A stretch of 64,000 nt of DNA from Clostridia bacterium (lineage in GTDB: Bacteria; Bacillota; Clostridia; Christensenellales; Borkfalkiaceae): positions 78,336-142,335 of the forward strand of contig CAAGME010000037.1 of assembly GCA_900770945.1 (NCBI GenBank), read 5' to 3'. The notes beneath the pieces were generated by a model, which worked only from the letters and a program-made list of their open reading frames with translations, made no database searches and was not told the origin of the DNA. A program made the translations under genes and the position numbers. Positions within the stretch are counted from its first letter, which is position 1; the number at the start of each line of letters is the position of its first letter. This document shows, piece by piece, positions 56,882 to 64,000 of the stretch.

Positions 56882-57499
56882 TCACACGAAGTTTTTGATG
56901 AAGGTTTTACGGTGAATCGGGCAAGGACCGTATTTTTTTATAGCGTCTATATGCGCTTTCGTACCGTAACCTTTATGTTTTTCAAAACCGTATTCGGGGT
57001 ATTCTAAGGCGTAACGTTCCATAAGCGTATCCCTGTACACTTTTGCGATTATCGAAGCCGCGCCCACGTTGTAGCTTTTTGCGTCGCCTTTTATGACGGA
57101 CAGCGACGGAACGCAAAATTCCGTTTTAACCGCGTCAACGATAACCGAGTCGCACTTTTCAAGTCCCTTTACGGCGTCTTGCATGCACTTTATCGTGGCG
57201 TTTAAAATGTTGAGTTCGTCTATTTCGTCGGCTTCTACTTGGCAAATCTTATAAGAAACGGCGCGTTTTTTTATTTCTTCGGCAAGAATTTTACGCTTTT
57301 TTTCGGAAACTTTTTTGCTGTCGTCAATGCCATCGATTAAAATATTTTCGTCAAGCGGCATAACGACCGCCGCACACACGACGGGACCGGCAAGCGGACC
57401 TCTGCCCACTTCGTCCACGCCCGCTATTAGCTTATAGCCCTGCTCTTTAAGTTCGTTTTCGTATAAAAGTTTTTCGTGAATATCAATTATTTTTTTCAT
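56882..57499 (-). CDS. rnhB: Ribonuclease HII
   Basis: AGVDEVGRGPLAGPVV catalytic DEVGRG motif; 205 aa. Confidence 0.9.
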   Translation of the reverse strand: MKKIIDIHEKLLYENELKEQGYKLIAGVDEVGRGPLAGPVVCAAVVMPLDENILIDGIDDSKKVSEKKRKILAEEIKKRAVSYKICQVEADEIDELNILNATIKCMQDAVKGLEKCDSVIVDAVKTEFCVPSLSVIKGDAKSYNVGAASIIAKVYRDTLMERYALEYPEYGFEKHKGYGTKAHIDAIKKYGPCPIHRKTFIKNFV

Positions 57500-58335
57500 A
57501 TTTTCTCTCTTTCAAGGCAGATAAGCCCTAAGCGTTGTTTGCGGAAATCGTCGAAAACGGCTTTGGCGCAACGGGAATAATCGTATTCGCCGCCGCGGAT
57601 TAAAAACCCGCGTTTTTTGCAAATATTTTCGTAAACTTCAATCGGCGTTCCTCGTTCGACTCCGTATTTTTGAGTTAAAACTTCGGGATAAAGCGAAGAA
57701 AGTTCTTCGATAAAGTCAAGGCAAAGCGTTTCCTTGTCTAAAATATCGTCGTTTATCGCGCCGATATATGCTAAGTGGTGCGCGTAAGTCTGGTTTTCAA
57801 AGCTCGGCGGCATCGTTCCCGGGGTGTCGAGAAGTTCTATGTTTTCAAGCTTTATCCATTGCTTCCCCTTGGTAACGCCCGCCTTGTCCCCCGTGGCGGC
57901 TTGCTTTTTGCCCGACAGCGAGTTTATAACCGAGGACTTGCCCGTGTTAGGTATTCCGCAGACCATAACCCGCAAAGTTTTTTTGATTCCCCTTGCGGCT
58001 TTCGATTCGATTTTATCCTTAAACATATCGATAATCGCCTTATAGACGGCTTTTCCGTCCTTTTGGCTCGTGCCGACGGTAGTTAAAACTCGCTTGCCGT
58101 CACTGATAAACGCCGAACGAAGTTTGTCCGCGTCGCGAGCTTCTATCGTGTCGATTTTATTCAAAAGGTATAAAACGGGCTTGTTGTTGAAAAGCTCGTT
58201 AAGCTTGAAGTTTATGCACGCAAACGGAGCGCGCGCATCGAGAACGTATATAATGCCGTCGCACAGTTTTATGTTTTCTTCCATCATTCTCAGGGCTTTT
58301 GTCATATGCCCGGGGAACCACTGTATCGGCTGCAT
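57496..58335 (-). CDS. rbgA: Ribosome biogenesis GTPase A (YlqF)
   Basis: Start reset to MQPIQWFPGHMTKA at 58335 (1-nt overlap with the trmD stop). Circularly permuted GTPase motifs NKIDT…GIPNTGKSS…DTPG. Confidence 0.85.
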   Translation of the reverse strand: MQPIQWFPGHMTKALRMMEENIKLCDGIIYVLDARAPFACINFKLNELFNNKPVLYLLNKIDTIEARDADKLRSAFISDGKRVLTTVGTSQKDGKAVYKAIIDMFKDKIESKAARGIKKTLRVMVCGIPNTGKSSVINSLSGKKQAATGDKAGVTKGKQWIKLENIELLDTPGTMPPSFENQTYAHHLAYIGAINDDILDKETLCLDFIEELSSLYPEVLTQKYGVERGTPIEVYENICKKRGFLIRGGEYDYSRCAKAVFDDFRKQRLGLICLEREKI

Positions 58336-59015
58336 TATTCGTTTTCTCCTTTCTTTATTAGGTCCGGGCGCATCTTCTTTGTGAGAGCGAGGCTCTCCTT
58401 TTTGCGCCATTTGTCTATTTCCGCATGGTTGCCGCTTAAAAGAACTTCCGGGACGGTAAGCCCCATAAATTCGCGCGGGCGGGTGTACTGCGGATATTCG
58501 AGCGTATCGCCCGTAAAAGTTTCGTCGGTTAAAGAATCGTTGCTCAAAACACCGTCGATATAACGGCAAACGGCATCGGAAACGACCATTGCGGGCAGTT
58601 CGCCGCCCGTTAAAACGTAATCGCCGATTGAGATTTCTTCGTCGATATAGAGGTCTATTACGCGTTGGTCAACTCCCTCGTAATGTCCGCACAAAAGGAG
58701 CAGACGCTCGTATGAAAGCAACTCAGGCACCATTTTTTGAGTGAACGTTTTGCCTTTAGGGGACATGTAGATGCGGCGGGCTTTATGTTCGGGGTCAATC
58801 GCCTCGATTGCAGACGCCACGGGCTGGGGCATAAGCACCATTCCCGCGCCGCCGCCGAAAGTGTAATCGTCGCATTTTTTGTGTTTGTCAAGCGTGTAGT
58901 CGCGGATATCCGTCACGCGGATTTCCACCTTTTCAGCCTTGACCGCTCGCCCGATAACGCTTTCTTTAAGCGGAGTGAACATATCCGGAAAAAGCGTCAA
59001 TATGTCGATTATCAT
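58335..59015 (-). CDS. trmD: tRNA (guanine37-N1)-methyltransferase
   Basis: MIIDILTLFPDMF N-terminus; SPOUT-fold motifs. Confidence 0.9.
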   Translation of the reverse strand: MIIDILTLFPDMFTPLKESVIGRAVKAEKVEIRVTDIRDYTLDKHKKCDDYTFGGGAGMVLMPQPVASAIEAIDPEHKARRIYMSPKGKTFTQKMVPELLSYERLLLLCGHYEGVDQRVIDLYIDEEISIGDYVLTGGELPAMVVSDAVCRYIDGVLSNDSLTDETFTGDTLEYPQYTRPREFMGLTVPEVLLSGNHAEIDKWRKKESLALTKKMRPDLIKKGENE

Positions 59016-59518
59016 TAGTTTTTCTCCCTGTATGATATTACTTCGGTAAAGCGCGACGCGTCTACCGTTACCCTCTTTTCTTCTAAGTCTACTTTAGCGT
59101 TAAGGTCTTTTAGAAACGGCAAATACGCTTCGCCCTCGGACGTTTCGAGAGTGAAAATATCGACGTTCGAAGAAAAAACGTCTACAATTTTGCCTATCAT
59201 TTTACCGCTTGAAAGATACAAATCCGAACCGACTATATCCTCTATAAAATAGCTGTCGTCACTCTTTAAAATCTCTTCCTTTTCGCAATAAACTTCCTTT
59301 CCGCGCAAACATTCCGCGGCGTTTCTGTCAAAAATTCCGCCAAGACGCAAAAAGAGCGCGTTATCTCGCCCGGAAAGATTTAAAAGCGGATATTCGTTGC
59401 CGCCGATGTAGACTTTGTTTATGTTTTTAAGCGATTTTTCGCCGTCGGTATAGTCGGAGATTTTAACTTCTCCGTTTATGCCTTGCGGGCGTAAAACAAT
59501 TCCTATAAGAATTTTCAT
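59015..59518 (-). CDS. rimM: Ribosome maturation factor RimM
   Basis: IVLRPQGINGEVKI N-terminal motif and PRC barrel; conserved position between the KH protein gene and trmD. Confidence 0.85.
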   Translation of the reverse strand: MKILIGIVLRPQGINGEVKISDYTDGEKSLKNINKVYIGGNEYPLLNLSGRDNALFLRLGGIFDRNAAECLRGKEVYCEKEEILKSDDSYFIEDIVGSDLYLSSGKMIGKIVDVFSSNVDIFTLETSEGEAYLPFLKDLNAKVDLEEKRVTVDASRFTEVISYREKN

Positions 59519-59547
59519 AAGCCTTTTTAGGGGGAAAAAGGAGAAAT

Positions 59548-59793
59548 TTATGCAATTTCTCCCCTTTCCTTAATTTCGATATTGTACTTTTTGCCGCTTC
59601 TCGCGCTCGCGGATTTGACGATTGTTCTCAGTGCCTTTGCGATTTTGCCCTGGCGACCGATAACTTTGCCCATATCCTCGGGGTCGAGAGTAACGGTGAT
59701 GGTGGTAACGTTACCCTTTTCCGTTTCGACGAATTCAATCGCGTCCTTTTTTTCGGCGAATTGAAGTACGACGTATTTAACAAGATCTAACAT
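59548..59793 (-). CDS. KH-domain RNA-binding protein (YlqC-like)
   Basis: 81 aa; GKVIGRQGKIAKALR KH GxxG loop. Confidence 0.8.
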   Translation of the reverse strand: MLDLVKYVVLQFAEKKDAIEFVETEKGNVTTITVTLDPEDMGKVIGRQGKIAKALRTIVKSASARSGKKYNIEIKERGEIA

Positions 59794-59811
59794 TTAAGCC
59801 TCCCTTAAAAG

Positions 59812-60108
59812 TTAACCCTTCTTCTTTTTGGGGTTGGTTTTAGCGGGCGAAAGCTTTGCGGGTTTTTCGATGATACCCTGGTTCAAAAGCAAAGCTCTTA
59901 CCGTTTCGGTCGGCTGAACGCCTTTCGCAAGCCAATCTTTAGCTTTCGCTTCGTCGATTACGACCTCGGCGGGGTTAGAGATAGGATTGTAGTGACCGAT
60001 TTTATCGATGTACTTACCGTCGCGAGCAACCCTCGAATCAACGATAACGATACGATAGAAAGGAGATTTTTTGTCGCCCATTCTGGTCAATCTCATTTTT
60101 ACTGCCAT
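59812..60108 (-). CDS. rpsP: 30S ribosomal protein bS16
   Basis: [42 protein letters not shown]. Confidence 0.95.
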   Translation of the reverse strand: MAVKMRLTRMGDKKSPFYRIVIVDSRVARDGKYIDKIGHYNPISNPAEVVIDEAKAKDWLAKGVQPTETVRALLLNQGIIEKPAKLSPAKTNPKKKKG

Positions 60109-60188
60109 TTGTATTTACCTCCGTAAAATATTGTCTTTTAATTGTTTTTTATGCGATAACCGCCTTATAGGCGGACTTATCTTTAATT

Positions 60189-61505
60189 TTAAAATTTGAA
60201 AGGCATCTTTTTGCCGTTCTTCATTTGCTTCATCATCTGCTTGGATTGTTCAAAGCCTTTTAGAAGCTTGTTTATTTCCTGCAAAGAAGTTCCGCTGCCT
60301 TTTGCTATGCGCATTTTGCGCGAATAGTTCAATATCGACGGGTTTTTGCGTTCCTTTTCCGTCATCGACTGTATGATTGCCTTGGTGCGGTACAGCGCCT
60401 TTTCGTCGATATCGCTTTCCTTTATTTTTAGCTTACCCATACCGGGGAGCATACCGAGTATTCCGCCCGCGCCGCCCATCTTTTTAACCATATCGATTTG
60501 CTCGATATAGTCGTTCAAATCAAAGCTGTTTTCGCGGAGCTTTTTCTCCATTTTTTTGGCTTGTTCTTCGGTGACGGCTTCTTGCGCCTTTTCGATAAGC
60601 GAAAGCACGTCCCCCATACCGAGTATTCGGTTAGCCATTCTGTCGGGGTAGAACGGTTCAAGGTCGGTGAGTTTTTCGCCCACGCCGCAGAACTTAATGG
60701 GTTTGCCCGTTACGGCTTTTACCGAAAGGCACGCGCCGCCCCTCGTGTCGCCGTCAAGCTTGGTTAAGATAACGCCCGTAATTTCAAGGCGGCGGTTGAA
60801 TTCTTCCGCAACGTTTACCGCGACCTGACCGGTCATGGAGTCAATCGTGAGCAAAATTTCCGTCGGCTCGACTGCGGCTTTGATGTTTTCAAGCTCCTGC
60901 ATGAGTGCGTCGTCGATTTCAAGTCTGCCCGCGGTATCGATTATAACCGTATCGAAGCCGAATTTTTTTGCGTGTTCGATAGCGGCTTTCGCGGTGATAA
61001 CGGGGTTTTGCGTACCCATTTCAAAAACTTCCGCGCCCGCGTTTTTGCCAACGACTTGCAGCTGTTTTATCGCTGCAGGGCGGTATATATCGCCCGCAAC
61101 CAAAAGCGGCTTTTTGCCTTGCTTTTTGAGATAGACGGCGAGCTTTCCGCAAAGCGTCGTTTTGCCCGCGCCCTGAAGCCCGCACATCATAATGACCGTC
61201 GGTAGCTTAGGCGAAACTTCTAACTTCGCATTCGTGCCGCCCATAAGCGCGACAAGTTCGTCGTTTACTATTTTGATAACTTGTTGAGCGGGGCTTAAAC
61301 TTTTTAAAATTTCTTGCCCCTTAGCCTTTTCGGAAACGGTGTTCACAAAGTCCTTTACGACCTTGATGTTGACATCCGCCTCTAAGAGCGCGATACGGAT
61401 TTCGCGCATTGCTTGCTTTATTTCAAGCTCGGTAAGCTTGCCGCGGTTGGTAAGCTTTGAAAAGGCGTGATTGATTTTTTCGCCGAGTGATGAAAAAAAT
61501 GCCAT
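60189..61505 (-). CDS. ffh: Signal recognition particle protein Ffh
   Basis: NG domain GLQGAGKTT, DTAGR, and a Met-rich M domain; 438 aa. Confidence 0.95.
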   Translation of the reverse strand: MAFFSSLGEKINHAFSKLTNRGKLTELEIKQAMREIRIALLEADVNIKVVKDFVNTVSEKAKGQEILKSLSPAQQVIKIVNDELVALMGGTNAKLEVSPKLPTVIMMCGLQGAGKTTLCGKLAVYLKKQGKKPLLVAGDIYRPAAIKQLQVVGKNAGAEVFEMGTQNPVITAKAAIEHAKKFGFDTVIIDTAGRLEIDDALMQELENIKAAVEPTEILLTIDSMTGQVAVNVAEEFNRRLEITGVILTKLDGDTRGGACLSVKAVTGKPIKFCGVGEKLTDLEPFYPDRMANRILGMGDVLSLIEKAQEAVTEEQAKKMEKKLRENSFDLNDYIEQIDMVKKMGGAGGILGMLPGMGKLKIKESDIDEKALYRTKAIIQSMTEKERKNPSILNYSRKMRIAKGSGTSLQEINKLLKGFEQSKQMMKQMKNGKKMPFKF

Positions 61506-61514
61506 TTTCCTATT

Positions 61515-61805
61515 TTACTCCAGAATTTCGATAAGACCCTTCCTTTCTCCTTCGGGAAGCGTTTGGGCAAAATCCGCAATAGCTTTTTTGAGCTTTAAAA
61601 CGCCGATTATGCTTTCGAACTTATCCATTTGCGCGCGCGCCTTTTTCAACGCGTCAGCCACAGCCTGACGGGTAACGCCCTTTTCCGCGGCGATTTCCGA
61701 AAGGCTCAAATCAAGCCCGTAATAGCTTTCCGTTATATCCGCCTGCGAATCGGTAAGCAAGCCGCCGTACACGGCGTAAAGATTAGCGTAATATAAATCT
61801 TTCAT
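61515..61805 (-). CDS. ylxM: YlxM/UPF0122 putative DNA-binding protein (sigma-70 region-4-like HTH)
   Basis: 96 aa; conserved position immediately upstream of ffh; LSLSEIAAEKGVTRQAVADALKKA HTH. Confidence 0.8.
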   Translation of the reverse strand: MKDLYYANLYAVYGGLLTDSQADITESYYGLDLSLSEIAAEKGVTRQAVADALKKARAQMDKFESIIGVLKLKKAIADFAQTLPEGERKGLIEILE

Positions 61806-61910
61806 TACAACACCACGCTGTCAAGCAAAAATGTTTTACACCTAATATTATACATAAATAAAAAACTTCGTCAAGCGTTTTTCAAGCCTTTAAAGAAAAA
61901 AGCCCGCGTT

Positions 61911-62471
61911 TTAAACGGGTTTTCGCTTTTTTGTTTGATTTTTGGAACTTGAAAGGCTTTCCAACTCGTCGGGAGTCGGGTCGACTTTAAAATGCGCTGA
62001 GAATATATATAATCTTTGCGATTGATAAATCATTCTTGCAACTCTTACCCTGGTTACCAACTCATCCATAGGCACGCGAAGTCCTTTTTGATACCATTCA
62101 TAAGGCTCGCTTAGATTGTAAAGATATTTAGAATCGATAGGACTGTATCCGTCAAAACTCACTGCTTTTCTATCATTTACGGCACTTTCAAAGTCGTCGC
62201 TTTTCGTGGCAGAAAAGTCCTCAAAAAACTCATCGTCACGTTCGGTTGTTTGGAAAACATAGTATTCCGTGCCGTCACCGTCAAACCCGACTGTTGTTCC
62301 TCTATTATGATATATGCATTCCCATTCTTCCGGAATATTTATTTTTAATTCTTTATTAGCTTTCGAGCGATAATCTATATTTCGATGACTACAACGATAA
62401 GAACAAAAGCCACAAAGAGAGCAAACGGCAACAACTAATACAATAATAGTTACTATCTTACCTTTTTTCAT
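61911..62471 (-). CDS. Membrane-anchored hypothetical protein, paralog A (signal-anchor with Cys-rich juxtamembrane segment)
   Basis: MKKGKIVTIIVLVVAVCSLCGFCSYRCSH… start at the ATG at 62471 with AAAGGAGAGG RBS. Shares N- and C-termini (…HFKVDPTPDELESLSSS) with the adjacent paralog. Confidence 0.6.
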   Translation of the reverse strand: MKKGKIVTIIVLVVAVCSLCGFCSYRCSHRNIDYRSKANKELKINIPEEWECIYHNRGTTVGFDGDGTEYYVFQTTERDDEFFEDFSATKSDDFESAVNDRKAVSFDGYSPIDSKYLYNLSEPYEWYQKGLRVPMDELVTRVRVARMIYQSQRLYIFSAHFKVDPTPDELESLSSSKNQTKKRKPV

Positions 62472-62553
62472 TATCACACCTCTCCTTTTGTAAACAGTCG
62501 TTTTAGGCAGTTATCCGAAAATCAACGGATAACTGCCGTCAACTGTTGCGTGT

Positions 62554-63120
62554 TTAGTAAATTTTTCTATACGGCAATTTTCTTTCGGAACTTGAAAGGC
62601 TTTCCAACTCGTCGGGAGTCGGGTCGACTTTAAAATGATCCGCAAATATATACAATCTTTCCGATTGATAAATCATATATACTTTTCTTAAGCACGTTAC
62701 GAGTTCGTGTTTTGGTACACGCACATCTTTTTGATACCATTCGTAAGGTTCGCTAAAATCAAAAAGGTATTCCGAATCTATGTACATATGTTTATCAAGG
62801 TGAATACCTTCATCAAAGTTGATTCTCTTTTCTTCGATGACTTCTTCTTCAAAGTCCGTATCCGGTATCGCTGAAAAATCTTTGAAAAATTCTTCATCAC
62901 GCTCGGTTGTTTGAAAAACATAGTATTCCGTACCTTCGCCGTTAAAATAAGTACCACCATTATAATACGGGCATTCCCATTCTTCGGGTATATTTAATTT
63001 AAACTCCATATTAGCCAGTGAGCGATAGTCCGTATGGCTACAGCGATAAGAACAAAACCCGCAAAAAGCGCAAACAGCAACAACTAATACAATAATAGTT
63101 ACTATCTTACCTTTTTTCAT
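62554..63120 (-). CDS. Membrane-anchored hypothetical protein, paralog B
   Basis: Identical RBS and leader to paralog A; MKKGKIVTIIVLVVAVCAFCGFCSYRCSH…EWECPYYNGG…YEWYQKDVRVP. Confidence 0.6.
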   Translation of the reverse strand: MKKGKIVTIIVLVVAVCAFCGFCSYRCSHTDYRSLANMEFKLNIPEEWECPYYNGGTYFNGEGTEYYVFQTTERDEEFFKDFSAIPDTDFEEEVIEEKRINFDEGIHLDKHMYIDSEYLFDFSEPYEWYQKDVRVPKHELVTCLRKVYMIYQSERLYIFADHFKVDPTPDELESLSSSERKLPYRKIY

Positions 63121-63217
63121 TATCACACCTCTCCTTTTGTAAACAGCCGCCTTAGGCGGTTATCCAAAAATCACGAATAGCAAGCCTAAGACGGTTCCGT
63201 TAAAAACTTATGAAAAA

Positions 63218-63922
63218 TTATTCCTTTATAAAGATAAGGCGGCGGCAGTTTTCACACTCTATCATTTTGTCCTTTTGGAGTTGCGAAACTTGCAATTTGG
63301 AAAGCTCCGTGCCGCAAGCCGAACAGTGCGTGTCCTTGGCTATAACGACCTCGTAGACAATCGGGAATTTGTTATCCTTGCGTTTTTCCTTGTATTTTGC
63401 CATATATTCGGGCGGAACGTCCTTGGCGATATCGTCAAGCTTTTTTGTGATTGCAGACTTTTCCGCTTCCTTGGATTTTAAAAGTTCCTCGTACTTTTTC
63501 TTGTTCTCGTCGCGAACAGCCATCATTTCCTTGGTGTTTGCGGAGAGCTTTTTGTATTGGCGCAAAAGCTCGTCCATGTTCTTTTTGAGCGAATCGAGTT
63601 CCGATTCGAGCGAGGAAAACTGCGCGGCAAGTTCCTGCGATTTTTTCTTCAAAAACGCAACCGTGCTTTCTTCTTCGGCGTTGGTTGCCTCGTCGAATTC
63701 GCCCTTTTCCTCAACGAGCTTGTTGTATTTTTCGGTTAAATCGTCCATAGCGGACAACAAGGACTTAGCCCTGTCCTCTATCTGAGCCTTTGACTCGTTC
63801 ACAGTTTTTAAAAATTTGGTGGCTTTCGCATATTTTTTGAATTCCTCGCTGCCGCGGAGTTCGTCCTCTATTGCTTTAAGCTTTCTGTCCTCGGACTGGT
63901 ATTCCATCAATTTTTCAAACAT
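63218..63922 (-). CDS. Coiled-coil protein with C-terminal C4 zinc ribbon (COG1579/DUF164-like)
   Basis: Long heptad-repeat region, then HCSACGTELSKLQ…CENCRRLIF (two CxxC pairs). Confidence 0.65.
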   Translation of the reverse strand: MFEKLMEYQSEDRKLKAIEDELRGSEEFKKYAKATKFLKTVNESKAQIEDRAKSLLSAMDDLTEKYNKLVEEKGEFDEATNAEEESTVAFLKKKSQELAAQFSSLESELDSLKKNMDELLRQYKKLSANTKEMMAVRDENKKKYEELLKSKEAEKSAITKKLDDIAKDVPPEYMAKYKEKRKDNKFPIVYEVVIAKDTHCSACGTELSKLQVSQLQKDKMIECENCRRLIFIKE

Positions 63923-64000
63923 CGTCTGCTCCTTTTTTCGTTCGTTTCCGCGTTAAATAAAACGCGGGTCGTCGAAATAATATATTTTGATATTTTGCGC

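Noticed and set aside
58336-58569. N-terminal extension of the rbgA ORF (MPLYRRCFEQ…)
   Set aside because: It overlaps the trmD coding region; the conserved RbgA start MQPIQWFPGHM coincides with the trmD stop, a typical coupled junction.

Overview
This 64 kb window is a Firmicutes (Clostridia-like) chromosomal segment with almost all genes on the minus strand. Most of it is conserved housekeeping content in Bacillus-like synteny. Recognisable blocks are ileS with a T-box leader; a long Bacillus-type SRP RNA (ffs) on the plus strand; yggS-sepF; rarA; ylbJ / coaD-rsmD-uvrC; rny-cysE-recA-cinA-pgsA-rimO; ftsK; acpP; tex; a full glycogen operon (glgB-glgC-glgD-glgA-glgP plus a GH13 neopullulanase-like enzyme); efp; a radical SAM / UDG-like DNA-metabolism gene pair; and ylxM-ffh-rpsP-KH-rimM-trmD-rbgA-rnhB. 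The standout is a roughly 3.6 kb AT-rich island (about 52.1-55.7 kb) inserted between conserved genes. It encodes an XRE-family HTH regulator, a 618-aa ASCH-PIN-GNAT-(PUA-like) fusion protein, a translationally coupled standalone ASCH protein, a well-RBSed 32-aa ORF and a divergent zinc-ribbon membrane protein. This is my best candidate for an undescribed defense or toxin-antitoxin-like system built around PUA-like modified-nucleic-acid reader domains, an acetyltransferase and a nuclease. Other notable items are a multi-copy intergenic repeat family, including a 118-bp tandem duplication, in the leaders of recA, rimO, glgD and glgC; an array of five different perfect mini-palindromes punctuated by the hexamer CGATAT; a lipoprotein serpin near a secreted HtrA-like protease; a GlgA with a ~190-aa Lys/Glu-rich N-terminal extension; an orphan tyrosine-kinase/phosphatase/modulator triad; and two tandem paralogous membrane-anchored proteins.
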